Shown piece by piece: positions 17,680-27,475 of a stretch of 64,000 nt of DNA. The notes beneath the pieces are model-generated. The model was not told where the DNA came from and ran no database searches. It saw only the letters and a list, made by a program, of their open reading frames with translations. Position 1 is the first letter of the stretch; the number at the start of each line of letters is the position of its first letter. The stretch is taken from sequence record NC_071015.1; one strand, written 5' to 3'. A program made the translations under genes and the position numbers.

Positions 17680-20046
17680 CTATTCGCAGATAGGGTACGG
17701 GTGACAATATTCCTGACCTTCAGAAATTGCACGTAATACGAAAACGTTTTCCTGATCAAAGTCAGAACGTGTCGCAACCCAAACCTTGTTGCCTTCATCT
17801 TTATTAAACTTGATTAAGATCTGCGGCTCATGTGTAAAGTGCTTTTGCACCGTATTAAGAGATTTCTGAACTATCGCGAACAGCTCAGGGTTTCCGGATT
17901 TCTTAATCACTACTGCATCTGGCGTACGAGGGCCGGCTTCTTTTACCATGTTCAAAAGCAGGGTATCGCGTTTGATGAGAATGGATTTCTCACCCGCTTT
18001 AATCATCGCAGCACGAATCACTTCGTCCTCTTCAGATTTGTACTTGCTTTCGTACTCGGCTTTGACGTCTTCTGGGGTTGCCAGAATTTCAATGCCGGAG
18101 CGCAGGAAGTCGTTGTTCTTGTAATCCAGGAACGCACGGAGGGTCGGTTGGTCATTGTTGTTGAGATGCTGCACCAGATCATCAAGATCAGTGAAGACGT
18201 TACTGATTCGCAGATACGAAGAACCTGGGCTCGCTAAAGCATCGGCTTTCGTTTCTGTATACCCGCGCGCTTCGATCAACCAGCGGTTTACCAGGTTCGT
18301 TAAGTACGGTGTAATAAATTCCGCAAATTCGATACCCTGATATTTGTCGAGGACTGCTTTAATGTGGCGCAGTACACGACTGGTGTCGCTGACGTCATTT
18401 TTGTTACCACGTACCATGAATTTAAAGTCATCATAGAACCAGTCCATTTCAATGGTGTCTTCCATGTGCCATTCACGGGTGATAACGGTTGGTAAAGCAA
18501 ATGCATCCAACTTCCCTTTCGGGTCGTAGGTTTTGGTCAGTACAGTGAGACGCGACATGGTCGCTTCATTGCCCTGGTTACTGTTTACTGCTCGGTTGCC
18601 GATTAAGACATTAGGTTCTTTCTCAAGATCCTTCATCTCGCCCAGCGGAACTACCACGTTATCACGTACAAACTTGTCAGTTTCCAGAACAGACAGATCA
18701 AACGTCGTTTTCTGGACTCCGTCTTCTTCGTACATAAACGGCAGCAGTTTTTCAGGATTACTAAGTAAGGTTCCCATGAGATCCCATACCTGCAAGTTGT
18801 GTTTCACTAAACGGAAATTAAAAGTACCTTCCTGCCAATTTAAACGGTAAACCGGCACAGTACCAACACAACGTGTGTCTATCCAACGGAAGGAGGTTCC
18901 GTCATCTTTCCGCATGTTCTTGAGGATCAGTTTGGCATCCTCATCGCGCATTAAATACCACTCAGTACCAGGGATGTTTGTCGCATACTGGTTCATGTGG
19001 AATTTGTGGCGGTTCTCCATTGTCATCTCTTCCAGACGCAGGTTTGGACGATCGTAATCGTTATACATGCTGTGAATCACTGAACGGTCTTCATAACGGT
19101 CAGCAACTGGTTGAGAAGGCGTCCCTAACGCTTTCTGACGAACGAACTCGTTTAATGCACGGATATCTGCACTGTCATTTCCAGTCCCGGCAGAGAGCGG
19201 GTTATTCACATCAAAGATGCTTCCACCAAATCCCAGGTCCGTCGGGTCTGCTACCTGCAACAGCGGGTTAGGCGTCGACGACTTATCCATGATGGTGGTT
19301 AAATTCCCTTTTGAGTAAGGGCAGCTAACATTTGCAAACGTATAACGCGTCGCCACCATGTCATAGATCTTAGGTTCCAACTCCATTAATACTTGTTTGG
19401 CTACCTGAGAAAGACGATAGAAGATTTGCGTTCCGTCTGCCCCGTTGATCAAGGAGTCGATAAACTGTAAGTTGATGGTGTCAACACAACAGCGATACCA
19501 GATGTCCTGAATCTTGGCTCGGTCACCACGAATGGTTTCGTCACCTTGGGTCAACGCATACCCCATTTCAGAACCGGCTTGAACACCTGCCTGTGCTAAA
19601 ATGAAATGATGCAAGTTTTGCACACTGTCAATACGGTTAACAAATTCAACCAGTGCCGGTTCCTGGGGAAGGTTCTTCCGCGGAACTTTAAAGCGTTCTA
19701 ATGCAGCGCGCCACGTTGCATAGAAAGGATTGGTTTGTTTACGGTGAATACAAATATTAACAAGTGTTTGTGCAACCGTCCCACCTTCGTTTAATGCTTG
19801 TGCCTTAACCTGCTCTTCGTTGATGGTATCTTCTAACCCCAACAAAGAAGCATAGTTGGTACGAGAAGAGCCATAACTGTACAGTGACGACATTCCGCCC
19901 TGACCGTTTTGGTTAGGAGAAAACTTCGTCGCAAACTGTGCCAGTCCAGCAAGAATATTGGGCTGCTGTTGAGTCTGGTTTTGACCTTGTGGGTTCTGAC
20001 GACCCTGTAATACGCCATGTTGCTGGTTAGGAAGATTGCTACTCAT
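17680..20046 (-). CDS. Large conserved phiKZ-like protein of unknown function, Q/N-rich N-terminus
   Basis: 788 aa, immediately downstream of the RNAP beta fragment (5-nt gap). Confidence 0.5.
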   Translation of the reverse strand: MSSNLPNQQHGVLQGRQNPQGQNQTQQQPNILAGLAQFATKFSPNQNGQGGMSSLYSYGSSRTNYASLLGLEDTINEEQVKAQALNEGGTVAQTLVNICIHRKQTNPFYATWRAALERFKVPRKNLPQEPALVEFVNRIDSVQNLHHFILAQAGVQAGSEMGYALTQGDETIRGDRAKIQDIWYRCCVDTINLQFIDSLINGADGTQIFYRLSQVAKQVLMELEPKIYDMVATRYTFANVSCPYSKGNLTTIMDKSSTPNPLLQVADPTDLGFGGSIFDVNNPLSAGTGNDSADIRALNEFVRQKALGTPSQPVADRYEDRSVIHSMYNDYDRPNLRLEEMTMENRHKFHMNQYATNIPGTEWYLMRDEDAKLILKNMRKDDGTSFRWIDTRCVGTVPVYRLNWQEGTFNFRLVKHNLQVWDLMGTLLSNPEKLLPFMYEEDGVQKTTFDLSVLETDKFVRDNVVVPLGEMKDLEKEPNVLIGNRAVNSNQGNEATMSRLTVLTKTYDPKGKLDAFALPTVITREWHMEDTIEMDWFYDDFKFMVRGNKNDVSDTSRVLRHIKAVLDKYQGIEFAEFITPYLTNLVNRWLIEARGYTETKADALASPGSSYLRISNVFTDLDDLVQHLNNNDQPTLRAFLDYKNNDFLRSGIEILATPEDVKAEYESKYKSEEDEVIRAAMIKAGEKSILIKRDTLLLNMVKEAGPRTPDAVVIKKSGNPELFAIVQKSLNTVQKHFTHEPQILIKFNKDEGNKVWVATRSDFDQENVFVLRAISEGQEYCHPYPICE

Positions 20047-20051
20047 GATAA

Positions 20052-21743
20052 TTAACTCTCTCTAAACTTAAGTCTGCGCTTAGTATCCTCGTACACTCCG
20101 CGATCCTCAGGACGCAGACCTGTGTACTTGCCTTGTACGAGGTATACCCGAGGTTGGAGCATTCCGCGACTATCCGGATTCGGCTTAGTGGCGTACTGAT
20201 AAGAAACCACGAACGGCTGTGATGCATGAATCACGCTGCCCGGGTGGTTGGGATCAAATTCTTCTTTCTTCTTACCGGGTCCACGGTTAACTGTGGATTT
20301 GGTCTGCATAATGATCCCGAGACCATAATCGATAAACGGGTTATCCGTACCAGTTTGTTCGAGGATGGTGTTGTTGCTCAGCACAGATCGGTCGATGTTA
20401 AACAGACGGAAGTGTGCGTCAAGCTCACGGTTGATGATCTTCGGTGTGATGTTACTCTTGTTTCGGATCATGAAGCGGAATTCGTTCGCCTGATGGATTA
20501 GGTGATCGACTAAGAACTCCATACTGGCCAGCTCTTTGTGCAACATGTCTGCCGGATCATACAGCTTGATCAGGGAAGAGTAATTCAGCATGAGGTAGTT
20601 AAACAGGTCATAGGTCGAACGGATGTCGATGTCAAACTTGTTGTACTTCTCTACCGTGATGTCATCGGCGAGTTCTTCAATGCTGCTGAAGTGCTCGTTC
20701 ATCTGACGAAGGTACACGCTGGGTGGCGTTTTGGTTGGGAGGCGGATGGAACAACGTCCAATGATCAATCGCCAGTAATCGATATCGTCCAAACGGCGGA
20801 TATCCAATTCATGACTAAAGACCCCAAACATGAACAACAACGCACCGGTGTACTGTAGTGCCAGGTTACTGATTTCACTACCTTTATTACGGCTTTTGAT
20901 TGCGATTGCCGGTTCGTCCAGCAACGGCGTGCCTTTAGGGCGGTCAAATGCTTTAGGGTGAATCTGGCCGGTGTTAGAATAGATCTGCCAGCCTTCAGAC
21001 TCTGGACAAATATCCAGCAGGGTGTCTAAGGTGTCGATCTGATAATCACATTCAGCGAATTCCTGCATGCATTGACTGAAACCGTACTTACCGAATACAT
21101 ACCAACCCAGTAATGGGATCGGTACTTTCTTACTGGTGATCTTGCGATCGTTACGAGAGTTCATAAAGCGGTTTGCCGGAAGCGTCATGTTGATCGCACC
21201 AGTACCGACTTTATCCCCATTACGGAACACACGGTTGAATGTATGGATCTCTTTCGTGACTTTGAATTTGTAACCCAAAACACGAATAAAGATTGCTTTA
21301 TCACGAGCGCCGTCTACAGAAGGACCGCGTTCAGAAAGTACATATTGAAGACTGTACGTACTGTTACGTGTCCAGATGTCCCCATGCTTATTGGTATAAG
21401 CCAGATACATCAGTGGGTTTTTCAGTTCGGACTCGACGCCAGTTACGGGATCTTTGAAGTGATTCAGAATGCGAATCCCAAAGAAACTGTTTTTGGCAAT
21501 TTCAAAGTCTTTGGTACCTGAACTGCTGGAGCGTGTGATTAAGTTGTAGAACTCTAACGGACACACTTCCTCGATACCATCGAAAATATAACCTTTCTCC
21601 TGTAAAGAACGAAACATGTTACCGAAACATTTCTCTAAGTGAGGAACTATTCGATCCATGTCTTTCTTGTGCCATCCATCCACCAATTCTTGCGTAAAGG
21701 GTCCACGATCTTGCTGCACCGCTTTAAGGATTTGGGGATCCAT
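20052..21743 (-). CDS. Non-virion multisubunit RNA polymerase beta-like subunit, N-terminal part (phiKZ gp123-like)
   Basis: 563 aa; LQYVLSERGPS..IFIRVLGYKF and IHASQPF motifs, size and position near the capsid gene recalled for gp123 homologs. Confidence 0.75.
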   Translation of the reverse strand: MDPQILKAVQQDRGPFTQELVDGWHKKDMDRIVPHLEKCFGNMFRSLQEKGYIFDGIEEVCPLEFYNLITRSSSSGTKDFEIAKNSFFGIRILNHFKDPVTGVESELKNPLMYLAYTNKHGDIWTRNSTYSLQYVLSERGPSVDGARDKAIFIRVLGYKFKVTKEIHTFNRVFRNGDKVGTGAINMTLPANRFMNSRNDRKITSKKVPIPLLGWYVFGKYGFSQCMQEFAECDYQIDTLDTLLDICPESEGWQIYSNTGQIHPKAFDRPKGTPLLDEPAIAIKSRNKGSEISNLALQYTGALLFMFGVFSHELDIRRLDDIDYWRLIIGRCSIRLPTKTPPSVYLRQMNEHFSSIEELADDITVEKYNKFDIDIRSTYDLFNYLMLNYSSLIKLYDPADMLHKELASMEFLVDHLIHQANEFRFMIRNKSNITPKIINRELDAHFRLFNIDRSVLSNNTILEQTGTDNPFIDYGLGIIMQTKSTVNRGPGKKKEEFDPNHPGSVIHASQPFVVSYQYATKPNPDSRGMLQPRVYLVQGKYTGLRPEDRGVYEDTKRRLKFRES

Positions 21744-21761
21744 CTACTTCTCCTATTGCCT

Positions 21762-22844
21762 CTAGTATTTAAGTAACTGCATAACGTTCAAGACTACCTT
21801 AAGATTTGCCACAAGCGTAATCAGGAACCGGTTGATACCGCCTACATAATCATCGGCTCTGTATTCTTTCAATTTCTCCATCTGGACTGTTTGTTTAAAA
21901 TCACTTTGTGCTCTATTGATCTTCTCTACTCGCATTTTGTTTTCGAGGTCATCAACTTTGCCCGTTAGTTTCTTGTTCTCCGTATGGAGCTCTCTGTTTT
22001 CTTTCTTTAATTTATCCTTCTCGGTCATAACCGAGGCTGTGAATTCTCCTGTGGAATGTTTTCGGGCTTCACGTTCAGTAACATGAAGGTTATAACTTAA
22101 TAGTTTCTTAGGATCCTGCAGATCCGCAATTGGAATGAATTGTTTATGTTGTAATCTAAGTCCCCCGGCTAAGTATAGCCCGTCTTCTTGCTCCTCATCT
22201 TTAACTGGTAAGATACGACTGATTCCGCCGAACGCACTGGTCCAGAGTACACCCACTCGTGATTGATTGTCGATTAGCCGTGCTGAGAATAATGTTCGTA
22301 TGCCTTTATCTTCTCCTTTATCATCTTCTTGATCAATTTCCTCTAGCTCCTTCACCATCACACTTTCAATGTAACCAATTGGATTATCTCCGTGTGATTT
22401 CTCAACCAGGTTACTGGTTTCACGGATGGTAATGCCAAGAAGGTTAGATCGAGCGGTTGCTTGGGGAGTAAGGAAATCAAATCGCATCTCTATTTGCGTG
22501 TACATCCTAACCTGATTGGTTTCAGGCTCATAGAGACCGATTCTGCCTTTAAGTTCTTCAATACGACGCGCAAATGTGATTAAGTATTCACGGTCACATT
22601 CCAGTTGTGCTTCCAAGCTCGGAACTTGTACCCGTCGAGGATCGACTGCTCGGGTGATACGGACAACTACCTTTCCGCGATCTTCCAATCGCTCCGGGCG
22701 TTCTGTACACCTGAGGATTTCCATTTCAATTCCTAACCGGTCTGTGATGACCACATCGTAGTTAGAGTAATTGAAATATTCGATACCTTCAACAATTGGA
22801 GTATTCCGAGCATGAGTCCAGCAATCGCCAGATACAGTACCCAT
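21762..22844 (-). CDS. Conserved hypothetical protein with C-terminal coiled coil
   Basis: 360 aa; heptad-like run EKDKLKKENRELHTENKKLTGKVDDLENK; GAGG RBS. Confidence 0.5.
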   Translation of the reverse strand: MGTVSGDCWTHARNTPIVEGIEYFNYSNYDVVITDRLGIEMEILRCTERPERLEDRGKVVVRITRAVDPRRVQVPSLEAQLECDREYLITFARRIEELKGRIGLYEPETNQVRMYTQIEMRFDFLTPQATARSNLLGITIRETSNLVEKSHGDNPIGYIESVMVKELEEIDQEDDKGEDKGIRTLFSARLIDNQSRVGVLWTSAFGGISRILPVKDEEQEDGLYLAGGLRLQHKQFIPIADLQDPKKLLSYNLHVTEREARKHSTGEFTASVMTEKDKLKKENRELHTENKKLTGKVDDLENKMRVEKINRAQSDFKQTVQMEKLKEYRADDYVGGINRFLITLVANLKVVLNVMQLLKY

Positions 22845-22932
22845 TCATATATCCTCTTTGAAATAAACGAACTTACGTTTACAAGAAGATAATATTTGTT
22901 TGAAAATGTTTGGCCTTCTATTTATAGACAGC

Positions 22933-22970
22933 AAAAACCCCCTTCCCCAGGCATCGCCCAGGGAAGGAGG
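22933..22970 (-). terminator. Terminator after major capsid gene
   Basis: Imperfect CCTTCCC...GGGAAGG stem followed by TTTTT on the minus strand. Confidence 0.55.
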
Positions 22971-23015
22971 AAAGTGCTATGACTTATTACTTTGTAAAAG
23001 TATCGACCGTATTAC

Positions 23016-25166
23016 TTACGGCACTTCAACTTCTACTTCGTCGCCAGTGGCCGGAGTGTTGCCAGTGGTTTCGATGCTACCACCAACCAGGTGTTTGTTC
23101 ACCTTGGTGATCAGACCTTCGTCGCCCAGCAGGCTCTGAATGTCTTCGATTTCCAGGCGACCGATTACCGGGCACAGGCTGTGGTGCTGGTAAGCCGGCT
23201 GAGTGATGATCATGCGGTACTGACGGTCAGACTGACCAACCATACCTTCAATGACCAGCAGCTCTTTGGTTACGCAGATACCGATACCACCGAATACGTC
23301 GATTTCGCCGTCTTTGGTTTTAGAAGTCGGAACAACCCACATACGACCGATTTCAGAATCGATGTTGGTTTCCAGAACGTCGAACTTGATGTTCTGACCG
23401 AAGGTACGGTAATCACCAGCTTTCATCAGGAACGGAGCCAGGGCTGCGTGAGCGATTACGGTGTAATGCTCGTCACGGCCGTCCAGTTCTTTCAGCGCTG
23501 CAACGTTGGAGTTGATACGCAGGGCGGTGATGATGTCCCAAACTTTGTTCACCAGAGTCGCTTCGATGTTGCTCAGCGCGTCTTTGGAGTCCAGAGTAGA
23601 CACTTCTTTAACCAGGTTCAGTTTAGAACTGATGCCCACAGTTTTCAGGAAGTGCTGACCCGGCAGTACAGAAGAAGAGTCATCGTTGATGTTAACGATA
23701 TTGGTGCCGTTGTTGTCGTAGATGTAATCGAAGTGGCTGTTTGCCGCTTTGAACGCATCGTGAGACATGTTACGGGTAACCATCACGTCCATCTGCTTAA
23801 CCAGCATAGCCAGGACGTCAGCGTTGGTGTCATCGTCACTCATCGGATATTTGATGGAGATCGGCTGACGACGGTTGATGCCGTAGGTTTTGTTGGTGTT
23901 CGCGTATACAACAGTAGTACCGTAACGGCTACGGTTGGTGTTCGCGTGGTTCATTTTCAGCAGCACGCCGTGAATGGACGCTTCAACTGCCTGAGCAGTG
24001 ATCAGTGCAGACAGGCTATCCGGCATACCGGTGCTACCAACTACCAGTTTGTCACCAGCTTCGTTCAGAACGTAAGCTACTGCAACCGGAGAAGTGGTCG
24101 GAGACCAGCTGCGGGTCGCACGATGGTAAGTTGCGCTCAGTTCCAGAGACAGGTACACACGCAGTTTCGCATCGGTCAGAGATTTGAACAGCGCAGTCGG
24201 CTTGTCGTTCGCATCTTTCAGGTTTTCAACGCTAATGCCGTTCAGCACGAAGTTGATCTGACGTTTTTCATCAGAGGTGGTGCCAGAGCTCGGACGTGCA
24301 GAAACGCCAGACATGTTGCTGGTGTCCAGAGTCACGAAGCCTTCGCCGTCTTTGGTTTTCACTTTGATCAGCAGAGAGCTCAGCTTGATAGAAGAAGCTT
24401 CGATCTCATCGTTCTGTTCGAAAGCGGCAGAACCCGGTGCGCGGCACAGGGAGAGCAGGTTGTTCAGCTTTTTGATCGCCAGGTAGTTGGTCTTGTGAGC
24501 CTGACGGCCCAGCAGATCACCTGCGTCGTATGCAACATCCCACGGAGTCCAGTCTGCGGCAGGTACGAATGCGCTAGCATTTGCGTCCTGCGGGTTTTCA
24601 GGCAGTACCGGAACCAGCTTCAGATCGTCGCCGGCGTTGAATTTGGAATCGGTCAGTACAGATGCGATCGGACGCAGATCTTCCCAGGCTTCGTTCACGT
24701 TGCCGGAAGAGTTATACGCACCAACACCTGCGATGTCGATCGGGAGTACCAGCGCTTCCTGGTCGTAAGGAACGACAACAGTCGGGTACAGAGCTTCAGC
24801 GGCATCCCACTGACGGTTAGCACGGGCGTTCAGCTCCAGGGTAGCAGCTTTCTGACGTGCGACGGAACCTGCTTCCAGAGACATGGAGAAGGATTCCAGA
24901 CCGCCGTGTGCGATCATGTCTTTCAGTGCAGCAGCGCGTTCGTTGAATTTACCAGCGCCAACAGCGGCTGATTGGAAAGCAATTTTCTGACCAAAGTTCA
25001 TACCGCTTGCAAGAGCGTTCAGGCCTGGGGTCATTGATTCGGCGCCAACGATAGATGACATAGTGCCATCAGTGTTGCCAATAGCATTGGACTGCACACC
25101 GAGAATCAGCGCCTTCAGATCCTTCCCACTTTTAGAAGTGGCGAAACGGAAATTTTTCTGTTCCAT
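23016..25166 (-). CDS. Major capsid protein (phiKZ gp120-like) with cleaved propeptide
   Basis: 716 aa, strong high-expression codon bias, GGLE|SFS and SLE|A protease-type sites, AEALYPTVVV motif, own promoter and terminator. Confidence 0.85.
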   Translation of the reverse strand: MEQKNFRFATSKSGKDLKALILGVQSNAIGNTDGTMSSIVGAESMTPGLNALASGMNFGQKIAFQSAAVGAGKFNERAAALKDMIAHGGLESFSMSLEAGSVARQKAATLELNARANRQWDAAEALYPTVVVPYDQEALVLPIDIAGVGAYNSSGNVNEAWEDLRPIASVLTDSKFNAGDDLKLVPVLPENPQDANASAFVPAADWTPWDVAYDAGDLLGRQAHKTNYLAIKKLNNLLSLCRAPGSAAFEQNDEIEASSIKLSSLLIKVKTKDGEGFVTLDTSNMSGVSARPSSGTTSDEKRQINFVLNGISVENLKDANDKPTALFKSLTDAKLRVYLSLELSATYHRATRSWSPTTSPVAVAYVLNEAGDKLVVGSTGMPDSLSALITAQAVEASIHGVLLKMNHANTNRSRYGTTVVYANTNKTYGINRRQPISIKYPMSDDDTNADVLAMLVKQMDVMVTRNMSHDAFKAANSHFDYIYDNNGTNIVNINDDSSSVLPGQHFLKTVGISSKLNLVKEVSTLDSKDALSNIEATLVNKVWDIITALRINSNVAALKELDGRDEHYTVIAHAALAPFLMKAGDYRTFGQNIKFDVLETNIDSEIGRMWVVPTSKTKDGEIDVFGGIGICVTKELLVIEGMVGQSDRQYRMIITQPAYQHHSLCPVIGRLEIEDIQSLLGDEGLITKVNKHLVGGSIETTGNTPATGDEVEVEVP

Positions 25167-25181
25167 TGTTATACCTTTTCA

Positions 25182-25238
25182 CAAAAAGTCTTTTTGAAAA
25201 CAAATATATTTGTTCGCGGTTATTAATGTTTACGCATA
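25182..25238 (-). promoter_or_regulatory. Capsid gene leader: TATG late-promoter motif plus two palindromes
   Basis: CATA at 25235-25238; perfect 16-bp AACAAATATATTTGTT (25199-25214); CAAAAAG-T-CTTTTTG (25182-25196). Confidence 0.45.
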
Positions 25239-25279
25239 AAATAGTTTAAAGCGCACCAACACTACTACTCCACAAAGTA

Positions 25280-25831
25280 TTACTGCATAGCTTTAGAGAG
25301 AACAAACCCTAAATCGATGCCTTTTCTTTGGGCGACTGTCTCCTTAAGATTTTTGTTCTCGCGGAAGTACAGCTCAAACACACTAAAGGCCGACAGCAAG
25401 GTTTGATAAAGAGAACTGGCCAGATCCCCTTGGACACTTTTGAACAGCGGGCTGTCCACAGTATTATTACTGGTAAGAATGAAAAGCTTACCGTTGATAA
25501 AGGCCTGATAGAAACGCGAACCTAAATTAACACTCGCGTCACTATTTAATACCTCATCATACTTTGCCTTATAAACAACACTCTTACGATTGATATCACC
25601 AATTGTAATAACACTGGCATAGTCATAAGTTGTAGTCTTGAACCCACAGTATTGCTTTTCAACACCGCGCTGGAAGGCAAGCCAATCCAAAAGATCTTCA
25701 TCAGCGATCTTGTCGAACTTCGGCAAGTAAGGAAGATCACTCAGGGCAAGCTTATAAGAATTCAACAGAGCGAGGTGATGTTCTTGTAAGAAGAAGATCT
25801 CGATCTGCTTATCACCGTATTTATAAATCAT
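25280..25831 (-). CDS. Conserved hypothetical protein upstream of capsid gene
   Basis: 183 aa ORF between helicase and capsid genes. Confidence 0.5.
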   Translation of the reverse strand: MIYKYGDKQIEIFFLQEHHLALLNSYKLALSDLPYLPKFDKIADEDLLDWLAFQRGVEKQYCGFKTTTYDYASVITIGDINRKSVVYKAKYDEVLNSDASVNLGSRFYQAFINGKLFILTSNNTVDSPLFKSVQGDLASSLYQTLLSAFSVFELYFRENKNLKETVAQRKGIDLGFVLSKAMQ

Positions 25832-25869
25832 AACAAATAACCCCTAAGGTTTTTAACGAGGAGCTTTAC

Positions 25870-27417
25870 ATGAATAACCTTATCCGTCTTGTCAAATTAG
25901 CCACAGCGATGTATCAGGCCTGGCGATTAAAAGACGATGACCTTATGGATGAGATTCTCTTATTGTCGGAGGAGGTTCCTAACAGCAAAGAAAGTTTGGT
26001 AGTCCAGGACAAAAAGACGGAGACAAAGTTACGCAAGTTGCTAGGCTGGTTAAGGGAGCAACCGGATGACTCCAATATCATAACATCACTGCTAGCTCCG
26101 AAGATCACCGAAATCGTCCTGCTGTCCCCAGAGTTGGAAAAACTGCTGGATGTGGCGTTCGATGATAAAATCGAAGTTGAAGATGCCCGTCAACTGATCT
26201 TCCAGATTGTGAAAGAACTGCGAGACGTTGATGCTAAAGGTAAGTTCAGTGCTCAGTTTAAACATATGGTTCGTCCTTTCCTGTTTGAAGGTGAGGACGA
26301 TTTAACCAAAGATGACTGGATCAAGATTGGTGAACTGGTCAGTCAAAAAATTACCGATCTGAATGAAAGTAACTTCGATAAGGCAGTGGTGGAAGCAACC
26401 GGGTCGGATAACCCGGAAACCTTGAAAGAAGTTATTAACCAGTTAAAGATTGAAACGTCTCCTGAGGGGATCATCAAAACAGGGCTGGCTGGATTAAACG
26501 AAGCACTGGCACCTGACTACGGAATCCGTCGTGGATTGATGTACATGATCGAAGCTCTGACCAACCGTGGTAAGTCATTCGGGTTGGGTCATCTGTTGGC
26601 TTCCGTCCCACTGTACAACAAACCGTTACTGCGTAACAAGACGAAGATTCCAACCGTTCTGTTAATGTCTGCTGAGGATAGCTTAGGGTTAATCTTCAAA
26701 CGCATGTATGAGCTGTTTGTCACGGCGAAGACCGGAACCAAACCGGACTTCTTTGCAGCCACAACGGAAGAGGTGGTTAACACCATCATTGAAACCTTCC
26801 ACGAAAATGGCTGGGCATTTAAGTTCTACCGTGTGAACCCAAGTCATGATAACATTTATGAAATCATGCAGCGTGTCCGTTCTCTGGAACTGAAAGGTCA
26901 CGAAATCATTGTAGGTGCGTATGACTATCTGGCCATGGCGGACTTACAAGGGTGCAGTGGGGAATCACGTTCAGACAAACTGCAAAACCTGTATAACCGA
27001 GCACGTAACTTCTTTACGTCTCGTGGGGCAGCTTTCTTAACTCCACACCAGTTAAACCCAGATGCCAAGAAATTCATTCGTGAGCAGGATGACGATTCTG
27101 AAATTTACTTTATCCGTGATGTTGGCGGCAAGTCAATGACAGAAGGTTCCACCAAGCTGACGAACGAAGTCGATGTGGTCATTGGGTTCCATGTTGCCAA
27201 ACTTCAAAATAACGAATGCTGGTTTACTTACTACGTCGGTAAGAAACGTGGGGAAGGTGCGAAGGAGTCAGATCGCTTTGGCATTTATCCATTACACGAA
27301 ACAAACGGGTTGGTCCACGACATCAACTTTGAGAAGAAACTTTACAGACGTTCTTTAGCACACCGCAGTGAAGCTATGGGTGGCGGTACAGACTTCGACG
27401 ATATGGAAGCAGCGTAA
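25870..27417 (+). CDS. dnaB: DnaB-like (SF4) replicative helicase
   Basis: Walker A ALTNRGKS, SAED, Walker B IIVGAYDYL, FLTPHQLN, EVDVVI, GKKRG arginine finger; GAGGAG RBS. Confidence 0.85.
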   Translation: MNNLIRLVKLATAMYQAWRLKDDDLMDEILLLSEEVPNSKESLVVQDKKTETKLRKLLGWLREQPDDSNIITSLLAPKITEIVLLSPELEKLLDVAFDDKIEVEDARQLIFQIVKELRDVDAKGKFSAQFKHMVRPFLFEGEDDLTKDDWIKIGELVSQKITDLNESNFDKAVVEATGSDNPETLKEVINQLKIETSPEGIIKTGLAGLNEALAPDYGIRRGLMYMIEALTNRGKSFGLGHLLASVPLYNKPLLRNKTKIPTVLLMSAEDSLGLIFKRMYELFVTAKTGTKPDFFAATTEEVVNTIIETFHENGWAFKFYRVNPSHDNIYEIMQRVRSLELKGHEIIVGAYDYLAMADLQGCSGESRSDKLQNLYNRARNFFTSRGAAFLTPHQLNPDAKKFIREQDDDSEIYFIRDVGGKSMTEGSTKLTNEVDVVIGFHVAKLQNNECWFTYYVGKKRGEGAKESDRFGIYPLHETNGLVHDINFEKKLYRRSLAHRSEAMGGGTDFDDMEAA

Positions 27418-27440
27418 AACACACAGCACGCTCAATGAAT

Positions 27441-27472
27441 CTAGAACTAGGAGCTTTCGCTCCTAGTTCTAG
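27441..27472. terminator. Bidirectional hairpin
   Basis: CTAGAACTAGGAGC-TTTC-GCTCCTAGTTCTAG (14-bp stem), TATG at 27477. Confidence 0.8.
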
Positions 27473-27475
27473 TTG

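Noticed and set aside
23091-24971. 626-aa + strand ORF antisense to the major capsid gene
   Set aside because: Shadow ORF caused by the capsid gene's strong codon bias; no RBS or recognisable motifs, and implausible composition.
20052-27417. Interpretation as a bacterial chromosome because of RNAP and dnaB-like genes
   Set aside because: RNAP subunits are split and divergent and sit among capsid, portal and tail genes, as in phiKZ-like phages.
25870-27417. Intein or intron in helicase, RNAP subunits or polymerase
   Set aside because: Sizes are as expected; no C/S...HN splice motifs or LAGLIDADG/HNH inserts seen.
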